Positions 1 to 8,232 of a DNA stretch of 64,000 nucleotides are shown here, piece by piece. The stretch lies in assembly GCA_017511535.1 (NCBI GenBank), contig JAFWJS010000037.1, forward strand, positions 23,025 through 87,024, given 5' to 3'. Origin of the DNA: Eubacterium sp. GTDB taxonomy: Bacteria; Bacillota; Clostridia; Peptostreptococcales; Anaerovoracaceae. Position 1 is the first letter of the stretch; every line of letters begins with the position of its first letter. The position numbers were made by a program, and so were the translations under genes. The notes under the pieces are model-generated. The model saw nothing but the letters and a program-made list of their open reading frames with translations. It made no database searches and had not been told where the DNA came from.

Positions 1-65
1 AGATCCAGCAGATCCTGGGCGAGGAGAGAGTAAGAGCAAGGATCGAGAGCTGCATGAATCAATAA
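1..65 (+). CDS. 3' end of a probable glutamate--tRNA ligase (partial, window edge)
   Basis: Frame from nt 3 reads IQQILGEERVRARIESCMNQ* (TAA 63-65), resembling the C-terminal anticodon-binding helix of clostridial GluRS; only 20 aa are visible. Confidence 0.5.
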   Translation, partial: IQQILGEERVRARIESCMNQ

Positions 66-77
66 GAGGTTTTTTCT

Positions 78-261
78 ATGAGTGACAATCTGGTATTCGT
101 AATTGCGATCGCGGTTTTCCTCGTAATATTTCACAGATAATGAAGGGGTGACGAGAGAATGTGTGATGTCGATGAACATCAGCGTCGAATATGAAGTCGG
201 CGACAAAGTCAGGATCAAGTATATACCCGGTCAGTACGATATGGTCAGGCCGGTGAAATAA
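78..261 (+). pseudogene. Frameshifted/internally deleted small membrane protein gene (DUF3592-like)
   Basis: RBS GAGGT, then ATG 78 gives hydrophobic MSDNLVFVIAIAVFLVIFHR* (stop 140); the +1 frame from 130 reads FTDNEGVTRECVMSMNISVEYEVGDKVRIKYIPGQYDMVRPVK* (stop 261), with a 'Y.VGD.V.I.Y.P' pattern. Confidence 0.5.
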
Positions 262-268
262 CAGTCAC

Positions 269-305
269 AAGGGGCCTGAGCAACAATCGCTGCTCAGGCC
301 CTTTT
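269..305. terminator. Intrinsic terminator between convergent genes, probably bidirectional
   Basis: AAGGGGCCTGAGCA-acaatcgc-TGCTCAGGCCCTTTT hairpin followed by a T-run. Confidence 0.85.
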
Positions 306-310
306 CTTAT

Positions 311-688
311 CTAATGTATGATTTCACCCATTGATGATAAGGTGACTTTTCTATAGGCGTGTGATTTGTCGTTCGGATGAGGCTCGATACCCAGGATCGT
401 AATATCATTACGATCCGGTCCATATGCCCAGAACAATCTGCCGGCAGCAGGAGTATTATTCTCAAGATATGACTCCCATACTTTAAAGCCGGTACGAGAT
501 GATAATGATGGGATCTCATGTGAATGCAGACCTGGATACTTAGGGTCTCTTGCCAGGAGTACAAGTGCCTTTCCGAGTTTATTATATCTTTCTTTTTCCT
601 GTCTGGTTGCAGTGTCGGATGCGATCTTTTGCTTGAGATCGCTCCAGTAAGCAGCCATTTCATGCAGTCCCATACGGATGTTATACAT
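311..688 (-). CDS. Putative RelE/ParE-fold type II toxin
   Basis: 125 aa; 'L..DP.YPGLHSHEI', 'VWESYL...AGRLFWAYGP...ITILGIEPHP' layout resembles RelE-superfamily RNases; starts 3 nt after the upstream antitoxin-like gene. Confidence 0.6.
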   Translation of the reverse strand: MYNIRMGLHEMAAYWSDLKQKIASDTATRQEKERYNKLGKALVLLARDPKYPGLHSHEIPSLSSRTGFKVWESYLENNTPAAGRLFWAYGPDRNDITILGIEPHPNDKSHAYRKVTLSSMGEIIH

Positions 689-691
689 TGT

Positions 692-940
692 TTACTCCTC
701 GAATTCAGAAAGGTCTACAGGTTCTGATACATTACCGCTCCTCAGATTCTCAGCTGATTGATCTATCATACCTAACGTTTTAGCTGATATTTCTGTCGGA
801 GGGACCAGTTCTCTGGGTTCAAGGATGATCCTTCCATCATCATAATGCTCAACATGGTAATACTCAAAAGGGGTTTCACGCAACGTAAGTCTGTTCTTCG
901 AATCTATTTTAGCTATATAATCCTTATACGATGTTTTCAT
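692..940 (-). CDS. Putative AbrB/MazE/MraZ-fold antitoxin
   Basis: 82 aa; 'AKIDSKNRLTL...DDGRIILEP' swapped-hairpin signature, acidic C-terminus, RBS AGGAG. Confidence 0.65.
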   Translation of the reverse strand: MKTSYKDYIAKIDSKNRLTLRETPFEYYHVEHYDDGRIILEPRELVPPTEISAKTLGMIDQSAENLRSGNVSEPVDLSEFEE

Positions 941-960
941 GGTTTCTCCTTTGAATATAA

Positions 961-988
961 AACATATGTGGGATATCCCACTAATGTT
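961..988. promoter_or_regulatory. Palindromic operator of the TA operon
   Basis: AACAT-at-GTGGGATATCCCAC-ta-ATGTT (perfect 14-bp core at 968-981), covering the predicted start site of the minus-strand promoter. Confidence 0.7.
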
Positions 989-1017
989 ATTCTAAACCTG
1001 GATGCAGGAGAAATCAA
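989..1017 (-). promoter_or_regulatory. SigA-type promoter of the TA operon
   Basis: Minus strand TTGATT (1017-1012), 17-nt spacer, TAGAAT (994-989). Confidence 0.65.
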
Positions 1018-1059
1018 CAGCGGCTGCCAAAAAAATTCAACACTCTGTGTCATCTTCTG

Positions 1060-1073
1060 CGAACGAATGTTTG
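1060..1073 (+). promoter_or_regulatory. LexA (Cheo/SOS) box
   Basis: CGAACGAATGTTTG matches the Firmicutes consensus CGAAC-RNRY-GTTYG, next to a TG-n-TATATA -10-like element upstream of a DNA-repair-type gene. Confidence 0.75.
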
Positions 1074-1132
1074 AATGTTATATAGGCATGATGTAGAATG
1101 AAATCAACATAAAGGTGATGCGGGAGGGATAA

Positions 1133-2017
1133 ATGCATTTTGTCGATTCGAAAGGAATACTGACAGGAAGTAAAGGCCACTATGGCATGAACATCTACCG
1201 CGGATGCTCACACGGCTGTATTTACTGTGACAGCAGAAGCAAGTGCTATCAGTTCACGCATCCGTTCGAGGACATAGAGGTGAAGCAGAATGCGCCTGAG
1301 CTGCTCGAGACCGCTTTGATGTCAAAGCGAAAGAAGTGTATGATAGGGACAGGCTCTATGTCAGATCCCTACATGCACTGCGAGGAAAAGTTTCGGCTGA
1401 CCAGAAGATGTCTTGAGATCATCCTGAAGCATGGGTTCGGCGCGACTCTTATAACAAAGTCAGACAGGGTGCTTCAGGACATCGACCTTCTCGATGCCAT
1501 CAACAGAAAGACAAAGTGCGTAGTCCAGATGACGCTGACGACTTTTGACGACGATCTCTGCAGGATAGTCGAACCGAATGTCTGCAATACGAAGAGGCGG
1601 ATAGAAGTCCTCGAGGAGATGAAGAAGCGCGGCATTCCGACCGTTGTCTGGCTCACGCCGGTCCTTCCGTACATCAATGACACAGAAGAGAATATAAGCA
1701 GGATACTTGACGCCTGTATACGTGCCGGGGTCAGAGGGATCATCTGTTTCGGAATGGGACTCACGCTGCGTGAGGGCGACAGAGAGTATTATTATGCTGC
1801 GCTGGACAGGTATTTCCCGGGACTCAAGCAGAGATATATCAGAGAATACGGTAATTCGTACATGCTGCCTTCTCCAAATGAGAAAGAACTGATGACGCTG
1901 TTTCGGAATACATGCAGAGAACATGGGATCATGTATAAGCCGGATGAGTGTTTCAGCTATCTGGACGAATTCCCGGTGAAAGAAAAACAGCTAAGCATGT
2001 TCGATATGCAGATATGA
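1133..2017 (+). CDS. Radical SAM protein, spore-photoproduct-lyase-like (SplB/Rv2578c-type)
   Basis: NIYRGCSHGCIYCD (CxxxCxxC), 'GSMSDPY', 'ITKS' motifs; C-terminal QLSMF. Confidence 0.9.
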   Translation: MHFVDSKGILTGSKGHYGMNIYRGCSHGCIYCDSRSKCYQFTHPFEDIEVKQNAPELLETALMSKRKKCMIGTGSMSDPYMHCEEKFRLTRRCLEIILKHGFGATLITKSDRVLQDIDLLDAINRKTKCVVQMTLTTFDDDLCRIVEPNVCNTKRRIEVLEEMKKRGIPTVVWLTPVLPYINDTEENISRILDACIRAGVRGIICFGMGLTLREGDREYYYAALDRYFPGLKQRYIREYGNSYMLPSPNEKELMTLFRNTCREHGIMYKPDECFSYLDEFPVKEKQLSMFDMQI

Positions 2018-2023
2018 GGTGAT

Positions 2024-2698
2024 ATGATGTCTGCCAGATTATTAATAAAAGCATTGATCAGGATGATCCTTGGCTTCGCTGTCATGGCGGCGTTACTGTT
2101 CCTGCCTGCGGGGTCTTTCGGTTACTGGCAGGCCTGGCTTCTGCTGGGCATCCTGTTCGGACCGATGCTTATCGCCGGGATCGTGCTTGCGGTAAAGAAG
2201 CCGGAGCTTCTTGAGAGACGGCTTAACATGAGAGAAGAGCAGAAAGAGCAGCGATTCGTCGTAGCGATGAGCGGCCTGATCTTCATTTTGGCCTTTGTTG
2301 CTGCAGGGCTGTCATACAGGAACGGATGGCTCATGTTTCCGGCCTGGGCGTCATATGAATCCGCAGTAGTATTCCTGCTGTCATACGGTCTCTATGCTGA
2401 GGTGCTCCGTGAGAACATATACCTCTCCAGAACGATAGAAGTACAGGCGGATCAGAAGGTGATAGATACCGGACTTTATGGGATCGTCCGCCATCCGATG
2501 TACATGAGCACTGTCATTCTGTTCATGTCAATGCCGCTCGTGCTCGGGTCGCCGCTCGCATTCCTGATCATGCTCTTGTACGTTCCGGTTATCGTGATGA
2601 GAATAAGGAACGAGGAGAAAGTGCTTGAAAAAGGACTTCCGGGATATACAGAGTATGAAAAGAAGGTAAAGCACAGGCTCATACCGTTTATATGGTAA
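2024..2698 (+). CDS. Isoprenylcysteine carboxyl methyltransferase family membrane protein
   Basis: Multiple TM segments; 'VIDTGLYGIVRHPMY' and 'RIRNEE..L...LPGY..Y' motifs. Confidence 0.9.
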   Translation: MMSARLLIKALIRMILGFAVMAALLFLPAGSFGYWQAWLLLGILFGPMLIAGIVLAVKKPELLERRLNMREEQKEQRFVVAMSGLIFILAFVAAGLSYRNGWLMFPAWASYESAVVFLLSYGLYAEVLRENIYLSRTIEVQADQKVIDTGLYGIVRHPMYMSTVILFMSMPLVLGSPLAFLIMLLYVPVIVMRIRNEEKVLEKGLPGYTEYEKKVKHRLIPFIW

Positions 2699-2749
2699 GT
2701 GTGATAAAATATATGAGCAAACTAAATTACCACAGGAGAAACTCAATAC

Positions 2750-3379
2750 ATGACTGAGAAAGAAAAGATGATGGCCGGACAGCTTTACGACGCGGCACAC
2801 GATGCGGAAACAGACAGAGATCACTTATATTATTACGACCTGTGTCACGACTTCAACCACTGCAGACCTTCAGAAAGGGAAAAGCAGTTTGAGATCCTGG
2901 ATAAGATACTGGGGAAACACGGTAAGGATCCGATGGCGTTCGGACCTATAGAGATCGACCTTGGATATAACGTGGAGGTCGGGGACTACTTCTTCATGAA
3001 CCACGGCACAGTCATGCTTGCCACGAACAAGATCAGGTTCGGCGACAACTGTCTGATCGCTCCTCACTGCACGTTCTCATGCGCCGGGCATCCTTTCAAT
3101 ACAGAGGAAAGGATCGCCGGACTGGAATACGCATATCCTATCACAGTAGGTGATAACGTCTGGTTCGGTATGGGCTGCCAGGTCTGCCCGGGAGTCACGA
3201 TCGGAAGCAATGTCATCTTTGCCGCGGGAAGCGTGGTATGCCACGACATACCTGACGGCGTCATCGCGGCGGGCAATCCGGCAAAGCCGGTAAGAAAACT
3301 GACACAGAAAGATTTTGACCGGTATCACGAGAGTGAATACGATTTTGAAGCCGGTCACCTGAAAAAGGAAATGAAATAA
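2750..3379 (+). CDS. Sugar (maltose/galactoside) O-acetyltransferase
   Basis: 'MTEKEKMMAGQLYDA' N-terminus; hexapeptide repeats; 'PITVGDNVW', 'AGNPAK'. Confidence 0.9.
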   Translation: MTEKEKMMAGQLYDAAHDAETDRDHLYYYDLCHDFNHCRPSEREKQFEILDKILGKHGKDPMAFGPIEIDLGYNVEVGDYFFMNHGTVMLATNKIRFGDNCLIAPHCTFSCAGHPFNTEERIAGLEYAYPITVGDNVWFGMGCQVCPGVTIGSNVIFAAGSVVCHDIPDGVIAAGNPAKPVRKLTQKDFDRYHESEYDFEAGHLKKEMK

Positions 3380-6300
3380 TGGCGTTCACACATCTTCATC
3401 TCCATACTGAATACAGCCTTCTTGACGGGGCATGCCGCATCAAAGACGTGGTGGCAAAGGCGAAAGAACTGGGGTTCGACAGTCTCGCCATTACAGACCA
3501 CGGCAATATGTTCGGCGTGGTGGACTTCTGGAAAGAGTGCAAAAAAAACGGCATCCATCCGGTCATCGGATGTGAGGTCTATACTGCGGCGCGCCGGATG
3601 ACGGACAAGGATCCTGAAAAGGACCGTCATCAGGGCCACCTTATTCTGCTTGCTAAGAATGACACCGGCTATCATAACCTTATCAAGATAGTATCTCTTG
3701 GATACACGAAAGGGTTCTATTTCAAGCCGAGGATCGATAAAGATGTTCTCCGTGAATACCACGAAGGAGTCATATGCCTTTCTGCGTGCCTTGCGGGAAA
3801 CGTCCAGCACAGGCTGCTTAACCATGACTATGAAGGAGCAAAAGAAGAGGCGCTGGCGCTGAAGGATATATTCGGGCCGGACTTCTATCTTGAGCTGCAG
3901 GATCACGGCCTGGAAGAGGACAGAGTCGTAGACCCTCAGCTGCTTCAGCTTCATAAAGAGCTGGGGATAGAGCTGGTGTGCACCAACGATGTGCACTACA
4001 TACGTAAAGAAGACGCTGAGGCGCATGACGTGCTTCTTGCCATACAGACGGCAACGACGCTTTCTGACCCGAACAGGATGCGGTTCCAGACAGACGAGTT
4101 CTATCTGAAGACAGAGGATCAGATGCGCGAGCTGTTCAGCTATATACCTGAAGCGGTCGAGAATACGCATAAGATCGCGATGGAGTGTCAGGTAGAGTTC
4201 ACATTCGGACAGTATCACCTGCCTGAATTCATTCCGCCGGAAGGATCAACGAACAGAGATTATCTGAGGAAGCTCTGCGCTGACGGCATAAAGGAAAGAT
4301 ATGAAACTGTCACGCCTGAGCTCCAGGAAAGACTGGATTATGAGCTTGGTGTGATCGAGTCGATGGGGTACGTTGAATACTTCCTCATTGTATGGGATTT
4401 TATCAACTTTGCGAAGGAGCACGGCATCATGGTCGGACCCGGAAGAGGCTCCGCTGCCGGCTCGATCGTCGCGTACTGCCTTAAGATAACGGACATAGAC
4501 CCGATCAGATACAGTCTTATCTTCGAGAGATTCCTGAATCCGGAGAGAGTGAGCATGCCTGATATCGATGTGGATTTCTGTATCGAAAGAAGGCATGAAG
4601 TAATAGAATACGTAAAGCGTAAATACGGGAAAGAGAACGTATCGCAGATCGTTACGTTCGGTACGCTGAAGGCGAAGGCTGTCGTCCGCGACGTAGGACG
4701 GGCACTGGAGCTCAGCTATGCTGAAACCGATAAGATAGCAAAGGCGATACCTTTTGCTCTGGGTATGACTATCGACAAGGCAATGGAAATGAACCCCGAG
4801 CTCAGGACTATGTACGAGTCAGACGAGCGCGTGAGGAAAGTCATCGATATGTCACGCGCGCTTGAGGGAATGCCGAGACACGCGTCCACACACGCCGCCG
4901 GAGTCGTTATCTCCAGGCTCCCGGTAGATGAATATGTTCCGCTGTACATGTCAGACCGCGGCGTTGCGACAGAGTTCAACATGACGACGATCGAAGAGCT
5001 TGGACTTCTCAAGATGGACTTCCTGGGGCTTCGCAACCTGACGGTCATCAGAGATGCTCTCTCTATGATACAGAAGAACCATGGCGTGAAGATCGACTTC
5101 CCGAAGATGGGATACGACGACAAAGCCGTATACGATATGATCGCGGCAGGGAATACCCAGGGAGTGTTCCAGCTTGAATCCGGAGGCATGACGTCGTTCA
5201 TGCAGAACCTGAAGCCGTCCTGCTTCGAAGATGTAGTTGCCGGGATATCGCTGTACCGCCCGGGCCCGATGGATTCCATACCGAAATATATAGCGAACAA
5301 AAAAGATCCGTCCAAGATAAAGTATGTAACGCCTGAGCTTGCGCATATACTGGACGTCACATACGGATGCCTCGTATATCAGGAGCAGGTAATGCAGATC
5401 GTGCGTGATCTCGCGGGATACAGCTATGGAAGGTCAGACCTCGTCCGCAGGGCCATGAGTAAGAAAAAGAAAGATGTCATGCTTCAGGAGAAGGAGTATT
5501 TCATCAACGGCAAGCTGGACGAGAACGGCAATGTCGAGATACCGGGATGTATCAGGAACGGCATATCAAAGGAAGCCGCAGAGGCAATATTCAGTGATAT
5601 GGAAACGTTCGCCCAGTACGCGTTCAATAAATCCCACGCAGCCGCGTATGCGGTAGTGGCTTACGAAACAGGCTATCTGAAGAGGTATTACCCTGTAGAG
5701 TTCATGGCTGCGCTCATGTCGAGCGAGATGGGAAACGTAGAACATCTGTCAAAATACATACGTGACGCAGAAGAAAACGGGATCGAGATCCTTCCGCCGT
5801 CTGTAAATGAAAGCGGGAGGAAATTCACCTGCGAGAACGGAAAGATAAGATACGGCCTTCAGGCAGTGAAAAACGTCGGTGAAGGCGCTATAGACAATAT
5901 CATACAGGCCAGGAAGCAAAACGGACTGCCGGGGAATATCTTTGAGTTCGTGAACGGGATCGATGTAGGGCTCGTGAACAAAAAAGCGATGGAGAGCCTG
6001 ATCAAAGCAGGTGCGCTCGATTGTTTCAGCGCTAACAGAGCGGCTCACCTCGCCGTGTATGAGAGCCTTATGGACTCCGCGCAGAACGACGCCAGGAAAA
6101 ATGTCGCGGGGCAGATATCGCTCTTCAGCATGGAAGGAGTAAGCATGGATACCGGAGACGCAGCGGGGAGGCTCCCTGATGTCGCGAACTTCGATGACAG
6201 GATGCTCCTTTCGATGGAGAAGGAGATGCTTGGAGTATATATAACCGGGCATCCTCTCAAAGAATACGAGCAGAAGATGAGCGCGCTTGCCACAGTCACG

Positions 6301-6990
6301 AGCAAAGACCTTGCTGCTTCCATTTCGGGTGAGGAAGACGATGAGGAAGGTCAGGTAAACGAATCAGGATATTCGGGAGGAGAGAACCAGGATATATACG
6401 ACGGTAAAGACGTCGTTATCGCGGGCATGGTGACAGGAAAGAAGACTCTCGTCACGAAGAGCAGCAAAATGATGGCGTTCGTTGACATAGAAGATCTGTA
6501 CGGAGTTATGGAGACGGTAGTGTTCCCTAACGTATACGAGAGATGCCAGGAAATACTGAACGAGGACGAAGTAGTAGTGATGAAGGGCAAGCTCAACTTC
6601 AAGGAAGGTGAGATGCCGAAAGTCCTGGCGGACAACATCGTCCTGATAGACGATCCGGAAGTGGATAAGATCTCAGACTTCAGAAACAGCAGGGGCACAG
6701 GTCGTTATCCGGAACAGGATGTTATCCCGCCTGCGGAGAAGGAGCCGGACGTACAGCCGGTCAAGGTGAGGATACCGCAGGACAGTGAGGAATCAGAGGT
6801 GCTGTCAAGGATCAAAGAAGTCATAGCCAGATATCCGGGGAATACGCCGGTATATATCTATCTAAAGAGCGGCCGGACGATAAGGACAGGAAGCGGAGGA
6901 GGAGTAAGGCCGACGGCAGAGCTGCTGTCAGATCTCGGAGATATAGTGCTTAACCGCAACGTTAAATACGCGGGAAGAGTGCAGTTCTGA
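3379..6990 (+). CDS. dnaE: DNA polymerase III alpha subunit
   Basis: PHP 'HLHLHTEYSLLDG', 'GRGSAAGS', 'PDIDVDF', 'FNKSH', internal clamp motif QISLF, OB fold. Confidence 0.98.
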   Translation: MAFTHLHLHTEYSLLDGACRIKDVVAKAKELGFDSLAITDHGNMFGVVDFWKECKKNGIHPVIGCEVYTAARRMTDKDPEKDRHQGHLILLAKNDTGYHNLIKIVSLGYTKGFYFKPRIDKDVLREYHEGVICLSACLAGNVQHRLLNHDYEGAKEEALALKDIFGPDFYLELQDHGLEEDRVVDPQLLQLHKELGIELVCTNDVHYIRKEDAEAHDVLLAIQTATTLSDPNRMRFQTDEFYLKTEDQMRELFSYIPEAVENTHKIAMECQVEFTFGQYHLPEFIPPEGSTNRDYLRKLCADGIKERYETVTPELQERLDYELGVIESMGYVEYFLIVWDFINFAKEHGIMVGPGRGSAAGSIVAYCLKITDIDPIRYSLIFERFLNPERVSMPDIDVDFCIERRHEVIEYVKRKYGKENVSQIVTFGTLKAKAVVRDVGRALELSYAETDKIAKAIPFALGMTIDKAMEMNPELRTMYESDERVRKVIDMSRALEGMPRHASTHAAGVVISRLPVDEYVPLYMSDRGVATEFNMTTIEELGLLKMDFLGLRNLTVIRDALSMIQKNHGVKIDFPKMGYDDKAVYDMIAAGNTQGVFQLESGGMTSFMQNLKPSCFEDVVAGISLYRPGPMDSIPKYIANKKDPSKIKYVTPELAHILDVTYGCLVYQEQVMQIVRDLAGYSYGRSDLVRRAMSKKKKDVMLQEKEYFINGKLDENGNVEIPGCIRNGISKEAAEAIFSDMETFAQYAFNKSHAAAYAVVAYETGYLKRYYPVEFMAALMSSEMGNVEHLSKYIRDAEENGIEILPPSVNESGRKFTCENGKIRYGLQAVKNVGEGAIDNIIQARKQNGLPGNIFEFVNGIDVGLVNKKAMESLIKAGALDCFSANRAAHLAVYESLMDSAQNDARKNVAGQISLFSMEGVSMDTGDAAGRLPDVANFDDRMLLSMEKEMLGVYITGHPLKEYEQKMSALATVTSKDLAASISGEEDDEEGQVNESGYSGGENQDIYDGKDVVIAGMVTGKKTLVTKSSKMMAFVDIEDLYGVMETVVFPNVYERCQEILNEDEVVVMKGKLNFKEGEMPKVLADNIVLIDDPEVDKISDFRNSRGTGRYPEQDVIPPAEKEPDVQPVKVRIPQDSEESEVLSRIKEVIARYPGNTPVYIYLKSGRTIRTGSGGGVRPTAELLSDLGDIVLNRNVKYAGRVQF

Positions 6991-6992
6991 TA

Positions 6993-8195
6993 TCAAAGAT
7001 CGACGCCTATGTCATTACCGATGACACGGCCGAATTTGATGGAGCTGCTGCCGAACTTACGGCGGATCTCATCCATCGTACGTTCGACAGATTCACTTTT
7101 ATCATGGTTTTCATTTTCTGAGGCGAACAGCGAGAGCTGCTCGCCTTCATCTTCATTTACGAGATTGATCCCTGTCACAGTCAGCATCCTTATGGGCTTT
7201 CCTTCAGGCCAGGTCTCGTGTACTATATCAAAGGCGTGATCTCTGATCTCATCTGCAAGGTTGACAGGATTATCCAGCTGTTTCTGCCGCGAGACGACCT
7301 TAAGCGCCGTATCCTTGATGTCGACTTTGACGCCGTAAGCCTTCAGCTGATATTTACGGAGTCTTCCTGCCACCGTATCAGACAGGTCTGTCAGGGCAGT
7401 GAGTATATCTTCGTCACTTGAGATATCATGAGTAAACGTCAGGCCGTTTCCGACGGATTTGATCTTTTCTTTCTGGTCATACAGGTGGACGGGGCTGTCA
7501 TCTTCCCCGCGCGCATAGGTCCTTAAGACCGGTCCCTGTTTCCCAAGAGCGTGTTCCAGCACTGCCGGGTCAGCCTGCGCCAGATCACCTATCGTAGAAA
7601 TGCCCATATCCACAAGCTTTTCAGCGGTAGACCAGCCACAGAAGAAAAGCTCAGATACCGGCATCGGCCAGAGTATATCTTTATAGTTGTCGCGGGTTAT
7701 CTCTGTGGTTGCGTCAGGCTTCTTGTATTCGCTCCCCATTTTGGCGAAGATCTTATTGAAAGAGACTCCTGCGGAAAGAGTGATGCCCAGTTCCTTTTTC
7801 ACACGCTCACGTATGGTGTCGGCGATCTTTCTTCCGCTGCCGAAAAGCTTTATGCTTCCGGTCACGTCGAGCCATGACTCATCTATGCTGAAAGGCTCCA
7901 CCATATCGGTATATTCCTGAAAGATGCTGTTGATCCTCTTGTTGAATTCTTTGTATTTATCATGATGTGACGGAAGCAATACAAGACCGGGGCATTTCCT
8001 CTTTGCCTGCCAGATAGTCTCGGCAGTCTTGATGCCGTACTTCTTGGCAGGCTCGTTTTTGGCAAGGATTATGCCGTGTCTTGTATCCGCGCTTCCCGAG
8101 ACAGCTACAGGAACATCTCTGAGCTCGGGATGATCCAGAAGTTCGACGGAAGCGAAGAAACTGTTCATATCACAATGAAGAATAACTCTGTCCAT
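6993..8195 (-). CDS. dinB: DNA polymerase IV (Y family)
   Basis: 'ILHCDMNSFFASVE', 'SIDE', 'KKPD', clamp motif QLSLF. Confidence 0.97.
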   Translation of the reverse strand: MDRVILHCDMNSFFASVELLDHPELRDVPVAVSGSADTRHGIILAKNEPAKKYGIKTAETIWQAKRKCPGLVLLPSHHDKYKEFNKRINSIFQEYTDMVEPFSIDESWLDVTGSIKLFGSGRKIADTIRERVKKELGITLSAGVSFNKIFAKMGSEYKKPDATTEITRDNYKDILWPMPVSELFFCGWSTAEKLVDMGISTIGDLAQADPAVLEHALGKQGPVLRTYARGEDDSPVHLYDQKEKIKSVGNGLTFTHDISSDEDILTALTDLSDTVAGRLRKYQLKAYGVKVDIKDTALKVVSRQKQLDNPVNLADEIRDHAFDIVHETWPEGKPIRMLTVTGINLVNEDEGEQLSLFASENENHDKSESVERTMDEIRRKFGSSSIKFGRVIGNDIGVDL

Positions 8196-8232
8196 GCTTT
8201 GATTATATCACGAACTGGTGTAGAATAATGAT
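8196..8232. promoter_or_regulatory. Back-to-back promoters predicting leaderless mRNAs
   Basis: 37-bp gap; minus strand TGA-TATAAT-caaagc-ATG(dinB); plus strand TAGAAT-aatgat-ATG; no SD on either side. Confidence 0.65.

Noticed and set aside
3379-6990. Intein or programmed frameshift in dnaE
   Set aside because: Length and motifs are those of an uninterrupted DnaE; the short acidic insert before the OB fold lacks intein motifs
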